In this document: positions 1 through 9,408 of the stretch, one piece after another
Position numbering within the stretch: position 1 is the first letter of the stretch
Layout of the letters: each line of letters begins with the position of its first letter
Source: an uncultured Planctomycetota bacterium
GTDB taxonomy: Bacteria > Planctomycetota > Planctomycetia > Isosphaerales > Isosphaeraceae
Assembly (NCBI GenBank): GCA_963737655.1
Contig: CAVTTN010000002.1
Span: 3,616,001 to 3,680,000 of the forward strand
Direction of reading: 5' to 3'
DNA: 64,000 nt
The notes under the pieces: generated by a model
What the model saw: only the letters and a program-made list of their open reading frames with translations
Database searches by the model: none
What the model was told of the DNA's origin: nothing
Translations under genes and position numbers: made by a program

Positions 1-351
1 CGGATAGAGGTTCCCCTGGAACCGGATCGATCCCCGGATCGCCCCGTCCTCGGCCATCCGGCCGCGGAAGGCGTCCTCCATCCCGTTCACGACCAGGGAG
101 AGAGTCAGGACGTCGTCGGTGGCCGCCGCTCCGGCGACCCTGGGCGGGGTGGGGAAGAAGGGCGGGGCGTACTTAATTGAGGCGAAAAGGTTGGGCGGCT
201 CGCCTTCGAGGTTGAGCAGGAGGAAATCGATCGACTGGAGGGGGGCCACGATGGTCAGCCTCCACGAGCCGGAGAACCCCGGCCCCTCCTCGGCCCGGGT
301 CGGCCCGGCGATCGCGGCGAAGATCAAGCACGGCGCCCAGAGCATCCTCAT
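1..351 (-). CDS. Secreted protein of unknown function, truncated by the window edge
   Basis: Read by hand: ATG at 351 after an AGGGAGG RBS; MRMLWAPCLIFAAIAGPTRA-EE resembles a signal peptide; the frame stays open to position 1. Confidence 0.6.
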   Translation of the reverse strand, partial: MRMLWAPCLIFAAIAGPTRAEEGPGFSGSWRLTIVAPLQSIDFLLLNLEGEPPNLFASIKYAPPFFPTPPRVAGAAATDDVLTLSLVVNGMEDAFRGRMAEDGAIRGSIRFQGNLYP

Positions 352-589
352 GCGAACCTCCCTGTTCGATCGAAATCGGGCGAGGCCGTCGCGCCCAGGG
401 GCCCGCCCTCTCGCGCGGACACCATAATGCGAAACCGGAATTCGGGCAAGGAGAGCCGCTCGGGCACCCCGGGGTCGTTGGCTTCGGAGTTCGGTCGGAG
501 CCGATCCCGTTCCCGGCTCGTGCCGACTCCGAAAGCCCCGCCTCGGCCCTCGACCCAACCGGACGCCTCGCCCCTCGGCCTTCCCGCGA

Positions 590-1039
590 TCACTTCGCCG
601 GGGCGTCGGCCGAGGTGTGGTCGTGGACGATCTTCCACCCCTCGGGCTTCTTGCGGAGGATCACCGTGAACCGCCCTCCGGCCGTTTTTCCGCCGGAGAG
701 GGCCAGCTCCCAGCGTCCCCGGGCGAATGCCGACTCGGGCCCCAGCGCCTCGATTTCCAGGTCGTTGAAAGCCAGGGTCCCCATCTCCTTGCCCTCGCCC
801 TGATATCGCTTGCGGTAGCGGTCTCGCATCCCGTCCCAGCCGACCGTCTTCTCCCCCGACGATTGGAACACCAGTCCGGGCGATTTCCAGTAGCCCTCGC
901 AGAAGCCGTCGAGGTCTTTCCGGTTCCAGTCGGCCACCTGGGCGTCGAGAAGCTTGCGGGCCGCCTCCTCGGGAGTCTCGGCAAGTGCCGGGAGGGCGGA
1001 CATCAGCAGAATTCCGACCGCGATGCCGAAGCGGATCAT
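590..1039 (-). CDS. SnoaL/NTF2-like (YybH/DUF4440-type) exported protein
   Basis: Signal peptide followed by QVADWNRKDLDGFCEGY...GRFTVILRKKPEGWKIVHDHTS, typical of this family. Confidence 0.8.
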   Translation of the reverse strand: MIRFGIAVGILLMSALPALAETPEEAARKLLDAQVADWNRKDLDGFCEGYWKSPGLVFQSSGEKTVGWDGMRDRYRKRYQGEGKEMGTLAFNDLEIEALGPESAFARGRWELALSGGKTAGGRFTVILRKKPEGWKIVHDHTSADAPAK

Positions 1040-1088
1040 GGCGAGGCCCTCGCAGAGGATGCCGGCGGGGTGAAGGGAACGGCCGGAG

Positions 1089-1934
1089 ATGATACCATCG
1101 AAGCACCTCCGAGAGGCCGCCGCGATGCCCATGGCCCCGCTCCTCCTGCTGATCTCCCTGGCCGACGGAATCGGCCGGCTGGACCATCCGGCGATCGCCG
1201 AGGCGTCGGGGATCGTCGCGAGTCGGCGATTTCCCGGCATCTTCTGGGTCCATAACGACTCGGGCAACCCTCCCGCGCTGTTCGCCGTGCGACGGGACGG
1301 CTCGCTCGTCCGGGAATACTCCGTCGAGGTTCCGAACGTCGATTGGGAGGACATCGCCGCCGACGACTCGGGTCATCTGTTCGTCGGCGACATCGGCAAC
1401 AACGGGGGCAAGCTGCCAATCCGCGCGATCTACCGATTCGACGAGCCCGACCCCTCGAAGGCGGCCGACGGCCCGTTGAAACCGTCGCTTTCCACGTTCT
1501 ATCGCTTCCCCAGAACCGGCCGGTTCGATGCCGAGGGGCTGTTCCTCGACGCCGGATCGGCCGTCGTCGTGGCCAAGACCTTCGACCAGAGGGACGCCGA
1601 GCTTTTCGCCGTCCCGATCGACCCGGCCGCCCCCCTGCTCCGCCCGGCCGAGCCGGAGCTCGTCGGCACACTGCCCGGATTCCGCGATCCGGCGACCGGG
1701 GCGGACCTCTCGCAAGACGGCTCCCGCCTGGCCGTCTGCTCGACTCGCGAGGTCCGGGTTTATCGACGAGACCCGGGCGGGCAATGGCTCCTGGAAGGCC
1801 GAGCCGACCTCCCCGGAGGGCAAATCGAGGCGGTTTGCTGGGAGGGATCGAACCTGATCCTGGCGGGCGAGGATCGGCGGGTCCATCTCGTCCCCGAATC
1901 CTCCTGGAAACCCGCGAAGGACGGCCGACCGTGA
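1089..1934 (+). CDS. Exported beta-propeller-like hypothetical protein
   Basis: EASGIVAS...WVHNDSG, VDWEDIA, FVGDIGNN, FDAEGL and GQIEAVCW repeats; stop codon overlaps the next start (GTGA). Confidence 0.7.
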   Translation: MIPSKHLREAAAMPMAPLLLLISLADGIGRLDHPAIAEASGIVASRRFPGIFWVHNDSGNPPALFAVRRDGSLVREYSVEVPNVDWEDIAADDSGHLFVGDIGNNGGKLPIRAIYRFDEPDPSKAADGPLKPSLSTFYRFPRTGRFDAEGLFLDAGSAVVVAKTFDQRDAELFAVPIDPAAPLLRPAEPELVGTLPGFRDPATGADLSQDGSRLAVCSTREVRVYRRDPGGQWLLEGRADLPGGQIEAVCWEGSNLILAGEDRRVHLVPESSWKPAKDGRP

Positions 1935-3070
1935 CGGCCGAGGACGTGGTGATCGTCGGCGGGGGGGTGATCGGGCTTTCGATCGCCTATGTGCTTGCGA
2001 AACAGGGCGTGAGGCCGACCGTCCTGGACCGGGGACCTCTGGGCAAGGAAGCCTCGTGGGCCGGGGCGGGGATCATCTCGCCGGGATCGGAACGGCCGAT
2101 CCGCCACCCGGCGGCGGCCTTGCGGACCCTCTCGGCCCGGCTCCATCTGGAGTGGCACGAGGCGTTGAAGGAAGAGACCGGCATCGATAACGGGTATCGG
2201 AAGTGCGGAGGTGTGGACGTTGCGCTCGACGCCTCCGAAGCCGCGCTCCTGCGCACCTCGGCGGCCCGATGGAAGCATGAGGGGATCGCGTTCGAAGTGC
2301 TCGCCCCGGCCGATATCCGTCAGGTGGAACCGGCCCTCGGGCCCCGGGTCGTTTCGGCCTGTTTCTTGCCGGACCGGGCCCAGATCCGCAACCCGAGGCA
2401 CGTCCGGGCGCTGGCCGAGGCGGTCCGATCTCGCGGAGGGACGCTCCGGCCGGGGCTGGCGGCCTCGGGATTCGTCGTCCGAGGGGGACGGGTCGAGGCG
2501 GTCGTCACTCGCGAAGGGGAAATCCCCTGTGGGTCGGTGGTCGTCGCGGCCGGGGCGTGGTCGGAGACGCTCCTGATGGGGCTGGGCCTGGACGTGCCCA
2601 CGCCCCCGGTCCGAGGCCAGATCGTCCTGCTTCGACCGGATCGGCCGATGCTCAGGAGGATCGTCGAGCACGGCAAGAAGTATCTCGTCCCTCGCGAGGA
2701 CGGCCGGATCCTGATCGGCTCGACCGAGGAACGCGCCGGTTTCGTCGCCGAGACCACGGAGGAGGGAGTCCAATCGTTGATTGCCGAGGCGATCGCTCTG
2801 TGTCCAGGGCTGGAAGGCGTCGAAATCGAGCGGGCGTGGGCCGGCCTACGACCCGGCAGCCGGGACACGCGACCCTATCTCGGCAAGGTGCCGGACCTGG
2901 ACAACCTGGTGGTCGCCACCGGCCACCAGAGATCGGGCTTGCAACTCTCGCCGGCCTCGGCGGAGGTCGTCGCCGATTTGCTGCTGGGGCGAATGCCGCG
3001 GATCGACCTGACGGGATACGAGGTCGTCCGCGACACCTCGCCGGACGACGGGGACGCCTTCCGCTCGTGA
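1931..3070 (+). CDS. thiO: Glycine oxidase ThiO / DAO-family FAD oxidoreductase
   Basis: GTG start at 1931; VVIVGGGVIG Rossmann motif, EASWAGAGII, PVRGQI, WAGLRP, ATGHQRSGLQLSPASA. Confidence 0.85.
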   Translation: MTAEDVVIVGGGVIGLSIAYVLAKQGVRPTVLDRGPLGKEASWAGAGIISPGSERPIRHPAAALRTLSARLHLEWHEALKEETGIDNGYRKCGGVDVALDASEAALLRTSAARWKHEGIAFEVLAPADIRQVEPALGPRVVSACFLPDRAQIRNPRHVRALAEAVRSRGGTLRPGLAASGFVVRGGRVEAVVTREGEIPCGSVVVAAGAWSETLLMGLGLDVPTPPVRGQIVLLRPDRPMLRRIVEHGKKYLVPREDGRILIGSTEERAGFVAETTEEGVQSLIAEAIALCPGLEGVEIERAWAGLRPGSRDTRPYLGKVPDLDNLVVATGHQRSGLQLSPASAEVVADLLLGRMPRIDLTGYEVVRDTSPDDGDAFRS

Positions 3071-3228
3071 CCATCGGCCGGAGATCCTCGACGGAACCTC
3101 GCCCCGGAATCGGGTGTCCATCCGGCGAGTGGCCCCTGACGCGAAGGCGCCGGTTCTGGTGTAATACTGGACTGCCGGAGATTCGACGCCAGAGGCCCGC
3201 CCGACTCGTCCTGGGAGGCTCCGACGCG

Positions 3229-3825
3229 ATGACCGCTTCCGTCCTGGATCGGCCCGCACTGGTCCTGAACCGCAACTGGCAGCCGGTCAACGTGGCCACC
3301 GTGGCCCGGGCCTTGACGATGCTCTGGAACGAGTCGGCCCACGTCGTCGATCCGGACGACTACCGGCTCTACACCTGGGAAGACTGGTCCCGGATGCGCC
3401 CGAAGGACGGCGAGCCGTTCCTCCAGGCGCCGTCGTGGCGGCTGCGAGTCCCCGAGATCCTGACCCTCACGCGGTTCGATCGTCCTCGGGCCGAGTCCGT
3501 CACCTTCAGCCGCCGGAATCTCTTTCGGCGCGATCATCAGATGTGTCAGTACTGCGGGGCGAGGCCCGGGACGGCGGAATTGACCATCGACCACATCATC
3601 CCGAGGGCCCAGGGCGGCGCCACGACGTGGGAGAATTGCGCCCTGGCTTGCGTCCCGTGCAACGCGAGGAAGGCCAATCAGACGCCCGAGCAGGCCGGCA
3701 TGACCCTCAAGAAAAGACCCGTCCGACCGGCATGGAAGCCGCATTATGCCTCGGCGGGGATTCGCCTGGAGAGCTGGTCGCGAGTCCTCAGCGAGGCATA
3801 CTGGAACGTCACCCTGGAGGATTGA
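3229..3825 (+). CDS. HNH endonuclease (widespread McrA-like family)
   Basis: LVLNRNWQP N-terminus, FSRRNLFRRDHQMCQYCG, TIDHIIPRAQGG, WENCALACVPCNARKAN; GGAGG RBS before the ATG at 3229. Confidence 0.9.
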   Translation: MTASVLDRPALVLNRNWQPVNVATVARALTMLWNESAHVVDPDDYRLYTWEDWSRMRPKDGEPFLQAPSWRLRVPEILTLTRFDRPRAESVTFSRRNLFRRDHQMCQYCGARPGTAELTIDHIIPRAQGGATTWENCALACVPCNARKANQTPEQAGMTLKKRPVRPAWKPHYASAGIRLESWSRVLSEAYWNVTLED

Positions 3826-3829
3826 ACGG

Positions 3830-4300
3830 ATGTCCGAACCCCTCCGAACCCCCGAAGCCGGCCTGGAGACCGACGACCGTTTTCCGTCGGGCCCCTGGGT
3901 CGGCTTCTTCCTCCAGCCCGTGGCCCCCGGTCGGCATAAAACCGAACTGATCCTCACGTTCCGGCAAGGCGTGATGACGGGCGAGGGCCGGGACCGCATC
4001 GGGGAATTCCTCGTCCGGGGGCGATATCAGGTCGAGGACGGCCGATGCTGGTGGACGAAGTCGTACATCGGCCAGCACTCGCTGCATTATCAAGGGTACA
4101 ATGAAGGCAAGGGGATCTGGGGCGTCTGGGAGATGGGCCCGAACTGGTCGGGAGGTTTCCACATCTGGCCCGAAGCCATGGGCGACCCCATGACGCCGAA
4201 GCTTGCCGCTCAGGCCGAGGTACCGGTCGAACCGGAACGCGAACCCGCGCCGGCCCCCGAGGTCCTGGAAGAGGTCGGCGTGGGCGCCGGGGCCTCGTGA
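3830..4300 (+). CDS. Hypothetical protein
   Basis: ATG 4 nt after the HNH stop; globular sequence FPSGPWVGFF...GEGRDRIGEF...GIWGVW...GGFHIWP. Confidence 0.75.
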   Translation: MSEPLRTPEAGLETDDRFPSGPWVGFFLQPVAPGRHKTELILTFRQGVMTGEGRDRIGEFLVRGRYQVEDGRCWWTKSYIGQHSLHYQGYNEGKGIWGVWEMGPNWSGGFHIWPEAMGDPMTPKLAAQAEVPVEPEREPAPAPEVLEEVGVGAGAS

Positions 4301-4363
4301 GCGAATCAGGAATCCAGAGGCGTTCCTGGCAGGGCCAACTCTGACCTCCAGACAGACATCTTC

Positions 4364-5332
4364 ATGAAATATCTGATCACCGGAGGCGCCGGATTCATCG
4401 GCGGCCACCTGACCGAGCGGCTCCTGGCCGATGGCCATTCGGTCCTGGTCCTCGACGACCTGAGCACCGGCCGATTCGAGAATGTGGCCCATCTGGAAGG
4501 GCATCCCGGGTTCGAGCTCCGGGTCGCCTCGGTGACCGAACCGGAGATCGTGGAGCGATGCGTCGTCGAGTGCCGCGCGGTGTTCCACCTGGCCAGCGCG
4601 GTCGGGGTCCGCCTGGTCGTCGATGAGCCGGTCAAGACGATCGAGACCATCGTCAACGGCACTGACGTCGTCCTCCGCGCCTGCGCCCGCTATCGCCGGC
4701 CGATCCTGATTACCTCGACGAGCGAGGTCTACGGCAAGGGGGTCAAGATCCCCTTTGCCGAGGGGGACGATTGCGTGATCGGCCCGTCCACGACTCGCCG
4801 CTGGGGTTACGCCTGCGCGAAGCTGCTCGATGAGTTCCTCGCAATGGGCCACTGGACTGAAACCCGGCTCCCGGTGATCGTCGCGAGGCTCTTCAACACG
4901 GTCGGCCCCCGGCAGACCGGCCGTTACGGGATGGTGATCCCCCGGTTCGTGGCCCAGGGCCTCAAGGGCGAGCCGATCACGGTCTTCGGCGACGGTTCCC
5001 AGACCCGCTGCTTCGCCCACGTGGCCGACGTTTCCGCCGCCCTGGTCTCGCTGATGGCCGAACCCCGGGCGTTCGGAGGCGTGTTCAACATCGGGAACAA
5101 TGAAGAAGTCACCATTGGAGAGCTCGCCGAACGGGTCCGGGCCCTGACCGGCGGCAAGAGCCCGATCCGCCGAGTGCCATTCAGCGAGGCGTATACCGAG
5201 GGGTTCGAGGACATGCAGAGGCGAGTCCCCGATCTGAGGAAGATCGGCGCCTTGATCGGCTATCGGCCCACGAGGAACCTGGATCAGATCCTGGAAGACG
5301 TCCGGCGAGAGCAGGAGTCCGCCTCGCCGTGA
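4364..5332 (+). CDS. NAD-dependent nucleotide-sugar epimerase/dehydratase
   Basis: ITGGAGFIGG, DDLSTG, STSEVYGK, YxxxK (YACAK), RLFNTVGPRQ. Confidence 0.92.
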   Translation: MKYLITGGAGFIGGHLTERLLADGHSVLVLDDLSTGRFENVAHLEGHPGFELRVASVTEPEIVERCVVECRAVFHLASAVGVRLVVDEPVKTIETIVNGTDVVLRACARYRRPILITSTSEVYGKGVKIPFAEGDDCVIGPSTTRRWGYACAKLLDEFLAMGHWTETRLPVIVARLFNTVGPRQTGRYGMVIPRFVAQGLKGEPITVFGDGSQTRCFAHVADVSAALVSLMAEPRAFGGVFNIGNNEEVTIGELAERVRALTGGKSPIRRVPFSEAYTEGFEDMQRRVPDLRKIGALIGYRPTRNLDQILEDVRREQESASP

Positions 5333-5379
5333 TCGCGAAGGGCCGTGACCGGCCTCCGCGATGGAGGGTCAGCTCGCCG

Positions 5380-6057
5380 ATGGTCCCGATTCTCTTCGAA
5401 GACAACCACTGCCTCGCCCTGGACAAGCCTGCGGGCTTGCTCACTCAGGGAGACATCACGGGCGAGCCGTCGCTCGTGGACCTGGCCCGCGAGGATCTGC
5501 GGGTCCGTTATGCGAAGCCCGGAAACGTGTTCGTGGGGCTGGTCCACCGGCTCGATCGTCCGGTTTCAGGCGTGGTCCTGCTGGCGAAGACGAGCAAGGG
5601 CGCGTCTCGGCTCTCGGCCCAGTTCCGCGAGGGCACGGTCGAGAAAATCTATCTGGCGCTGGTGGAAGGCCGCCCGATCGATCCGGAGGGGGAGTGGATC
5701 GATGTCCTGAGGAAGGACGAGCGGAGGAACGTCGTCTCGGTGGTCGAGGACGACGAAGGGAAGAGGGCGGGCGTCTGCTATCGGGTCGTGGAAGTGAGTC
5801 GAGGCACGAGCCTGATCGAGCTCCGCCCAGGCTCAGGGCGGGGCCATCAGCTTCGAGTCCAGCTAGCGTCGAGGGGGTTTCCGATCGTCGGCGATCGGAA
5901 GTACGGGGCCCGCTCGGTCGTGACGGCCCGGGACGGCGGCCATCGGATCGCTCTTCATGCGCGATCGCTCACGTTCATCCACCCGTCTCGGAAGGAAGCG
6001 ATGACGGTGATTTCGCCGGAGCCGGCAGACTGGCCAGGGCCCGGCCTCCGAAGCTGA
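5380..6057 (+). CDS. RluA-family pseudouridine synthase
   Basis: ILFEDNHCLALDKPAGLL, VHRLDRPVSG with the catalytic Asp, GRGHQLRVQL, PIVGDRKYG, IALHA. An alternative start lies at 5329. Confidence 0.9.
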   Translation: MVPILFEDNHCLALDKPAGLLTQGDITGEPSLVDLAREDLRVRYAKPGNVFVGLVHRLDRPVSGVVLLAKTSKGASRLSAQFREGTVEKIYLALVEGRPIDPEGEWIDVLRKDERRNVVSVVEDDEGKRAGVCYRVVEVSRGTSLIELRPGSGRGHQLRVQLASRGFPIVGDRKYGARSVVTARDGGHRIALHARSLTFIHPSRKEAMTVISPEPADWPGPGLRS

Positions 6058-7549
6058 TGGCCGAACGGCCGAGGTACGCGAGAGGAACGCCCAGGCCGGC
6101 AAGGACCAGCGTCGCGTATGGCTTCCACGCCGACGTATCGCGAGGAGGCGGGCCGACCGGGGGATTGGATCCAGGCGGCGCCGCTTCGGCCACCTTCTCG
6201 GCCGCGACGGGCACGATGGGCTCCGGCCTCGGGCGCCTCGGCCGACGGGGTCGGAACCGGCTTGGCCGCGGGGGCGTTCGTGGCGGCGAGCGAGCCCAGA
6301 TACGAGGTCGCCGCTTTCCAAGACGGCGAATCACCGGCGTTCAGGTCCTCCACCTGACGTTCTGCGGTCGTCCTCTCGGCTTTCTCGATCGTCACTTCGT
6401 GAACCAGCCACATCGCGGCGGGCCGTGAACCATCGCCGTCGAAGATGTAGATCGGCCGGGCCGATTCCTGGTTCAGCTCCGCGCCGAACCGCTTGACTCG
6501 GGCGGGGTCGATCTTCGAGGTCGAGCAACCGAGGGCGACGTAGCGAAGGCCGTGGTGGTCGATCTCCGCCAGCTCGGATTGCTGGACCTCCGAGGGGCGC
6601 GGAGGTCCAGGACGGTCTTGTAGCCCGACTGGACGAGCCAGGCCCAACCCCGGTCGGTGGGGAGGCTGCCGGCGGCGACCCCGGGCTCGATCACGACGAA
6701 GCGGCGGATGCCCGGGGCGAGACTGGCGATGGCCTCGGCCGGCTTCGGGGGAAGCTCGGCCGAGGCGCCCGTCTTGGAGGTCTCATTGTCCTTCTCCGGC
6801 GCCGGGGCCGGCGACGGAGCGGAGACCCCACCGGCCTCGGGGGAGGCCGGCGAGGTGGCCGGGCTGGGCGACGGGGCCGAGGCCGGCGGATCGCCGGCCG
6901 TCGACGACGCGGGAGGCGAGCCTTCGGGCGTCGCCTCGGCCGGGACCGTCAGCTTGAGCACGTCGGCCATCGCGTCGTCGGCGGAGGGGGCCACCCCCGA
7001 TCCGCCCCGACCCGAAGGCCGCGAGGCGACCTCGCGGCGGGATTCGCCGCGAGGACCGCTGATCTCGGCCTGATAGAACGCCTTGCTCGTCGCCGAGCGT
7101 GCCCCGAGGCCGCGGCCCGAGCCGCCATTGGCCGATCCGCCGGGAGTCGTGCCGGTGGCACCTCCCGAGGGGAGCGCGTCAATTTGCGGATCGGCGTCGG
7201 CCGGAGGGGCGGGGATGACCTGTCCCGGAGCGATCGGGCCCAGGGGAGCCCCTTCCATCGCGGGGACCCCGAGTCCGGCGTCGCAACCGTCGGCGGCGAC
7301 GATCGCCCGATCTCGATGGAACAATTTGCGGCCGAAGCCGCACTTGGCCAGGCCACAGCCGCCCGGCTTGCCGCAGCCTCCTCCGCAGGCGCCCAGGCCG
7401 AGGCCATTGCCCCCGCCAAGGCCGAGCGAGGCGCAGCCGTCGAAGGCCAGGGCCGCCAGGGAAAGCACCGCCAGCGCCCATCGCGGGGCGGCTCGGCGGG
7501 GGGCGGCCCTCCCCGGGCCTCTCGCCCGGATCGGTCGCGGAGTCTTCAT
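5975..7549 (-). CDS. Lipoprotein with a Pro/Ala-rich linker, a protein-tyrosine-phosphatase-like (DUF442-type) domain and a C-terminal TM helix; two apparent frameshifts (~6600, ~6220)
   Basis: Joined from ORFs 6473..7816, 5955..6647 and 5975..6334: lipobox-like AALAFDGC, AGSLPT...GYKTVLDLR, GLRYVAL...RPIYIFDGDGSR, terminal WKPYATLVLAGLGVPLAYLG. Confidence 0.65.
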
Positions 7550-8064
7550 GATCCAGTCCTCCTCGCTCGCGACAACCTCACGAGCCACGCGGATCGCGTG
7601 GACGGGGCCTGCCTCATCGATCCGGACCCGGCGGACCGGGTGCGATCGAGTCAACCGGCCCCGATCCCTCACCGGTGCCCCGGTCTCGGGGGATCGCTCG
7701 AATCCGCCGCCCCCGGCGCGGCGAGCTCCAGCCCAGACCGAAACGGTCTGGCCCGGCGGATCGCCGTCGAGGGGCATGGGGAGGCTCGTGGGTGTCTGGT
7801 TCAAGGTTGCCTTCACTTCCCCTGACCCTCCGGCCTCGTCTCGTCCGGTCTGGTCCCGCCGATCACCGAAGGGCTTCGGCGGGGGCGGTCCGGGCGGATG
7901 GGCGCGGCTCGGGAGGTCGCGTCAGGAGTCCCGTCGGTGAAACTTAGCCGACGATCGGCCGGTTGCAAAAAAACCGAAAGCCTTTCTAGAATGTTTTTTC
8001 GGTCCAGACGGACAAGTCCGCCCGCGCATCCGACACGCCTTGCCCTGAAGGTACAGACGGACCC

Positions 8065-9408
8065 ATGAGCGAGCTTTCCGCCACCCCTCCGATGCGGAAC
8101 CGGAGGGGCTGGACCGCCTGGGGAATCGGTTTCGCGGTGGTCGTCCTGGCCGCAGCCGTCTTTGGTTTCCGGCTCGACGACGAGCCCCATTTCATGGACG
8201 AATCGGCGTATCTCTCCCAATCGTACTTCTTTGACATGTTCGCCTCGGGCCTCTCGAACGATCCCAGGTGGCTCGAGTACCCCGCCTACGACCTGCCGCC
8301 CCTGCCCAAGTATCTCGTGGGCGGGTCGCTACGGCTGCACGACATGCCTCGCCCGGGTCGGGCATCCATGATCGCCTGGTACCGGAACCCGAAAACCCGG
8401 GTCGGTTCGGCCGATCTGCTCCGGGCGGGCCGATGGCCCAGCGTCGTCCTGGGGGCGATTGGTTGCGGGGCGATTTTTGCGTTGGGGACGATGAGCGGCG
8501 GGACGAGGGTCGGCCTTCTCGCGGCCGTCCTCCTGATCGCGAATCCCCTCTACCGACTTCACGCCCGCCGGGCGATGTCGGACGTCCCGGCCGAGTGCCT
8601 GATCCTGGCCTCCCTGGCGGTCGGCATGGCCCTCTGGCGAGGCCTTTTGTCGGGCAAGGGCCGGATCTGGCCGATCCTGGCGGTCGCGAGCGGAGCGCTG
8701 GCAGGGTTAGCTGTTCTGGCGAAACTCAACGGCGGCCTCGGCCTCATGGTCCTCGCCTCATGGGCGGTCCTCGGGTTGGCGCGCCCCTTGCGAGAGAGAT
8801 GGACGGCCGCCCTCCTGTTTTCAGCCCTCGCGATCTCGGGCGTTGTGGCGCTCCTGACGTTCCTCTGCCTCAATCCGTTCGTGACGGCTCGTCCCTCAGC
8901 CCCCCTAGCGGGAGCGCCGGCGCCCGTCTCGGCCGTTCAGACGATCGGAACGAGGCTGGCGGAGGTCGTCACCCATCGATCTTCGCTCTCGCGTCACGCT
9001 CAGGAACAGTTCCCCGAGGATGCCCTGCCGACGGCCTTCGACAAGATCAAGGCGGTGGCCGTCCAGGGGTTCGGCCGGTTCGGGCCGCTGGGACCGGGAC
9101 ATTCGGACTCGACTCGGCGGTTCGAGCTTTCTCAGGATTGGGGCGCGATCGTCTGGCTGCCGCTTTTCCTCCTCGGGATGATCGCCGCGGCCCATCAGGG
9201 GCTGCGACAGGTCCGGGAAGGCCGGCCACCCACGGCCTGGGCAAGCCTCGATCAATCGCTCGTCGCCCTGATCACGGTCACGGCGTTCATTCCCCTGGCC
9301 TGGGACCGCTATTTCCTCTCGATCCAGGCGGGCTGCTGCCTGATGGGGGCGACCGCGTTGTCGGCGGGATGGGACGTGGTCGCGAAGGGGATGGGAGGCC
9401 GGCGATGA
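8065..9408 (+). CDS. ArnT/PMT-like (GT-C fold) membrane glycosyltransferase
   Basis: N-terminal TM then HFMDESAY, DLPPLPKYLVG, RRAMSDVP, GLAVLAKLNG, many TM helices, WDRYFL. Confidence 0.8.
   Translation: MSELSATPPMRNRRGWTAWGIGFAVVVLAAAVFGFRLDDEPHFMDESAYLSQSYFFDMFASGLSNDPRWLEYPAYDLPPLPKYLVGGSLRLHDMPRPGRASMIAWYRNPKTRVGSADLLRAGRWPSVVLGAIGCGAIFALGTMSGGTRVGLLAAVLLIANPLYRLHARRAMSDVPAECLILASLAVGMALWRGLLSGKGRIWPILAVASGALAGLAVLAKLNGGLGLMVLASWAVLGLARPLRERWTAALLFSALAISGVVALLTFLCLNPFVTARPSAPLAGAPAPVSAVQTIGTRLAEVVTHRSSLSRHAQEQFPEDALPTAFDKIKAVAVQGFGRFGPLGPGHSDSTRRFELSQDWGAIVWLPLFLLGMIAAAHQGLRQVREGRPPTAWASLDQSLVALITVTAFIPLAWDRYFLSIQAGCCLMGATALSAGWDVVAKGMGGRR

Noticed and set aside
3229..3825. HNH gene as a free-standing homing endonuclease for the tRNA intron, or as a defence system
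   Set aside because: It belongs to the widespread LVLN...HNH family, lies about 7 kb from the intron in an ordinary gene string, and has no methylase or other defence partner nearby.
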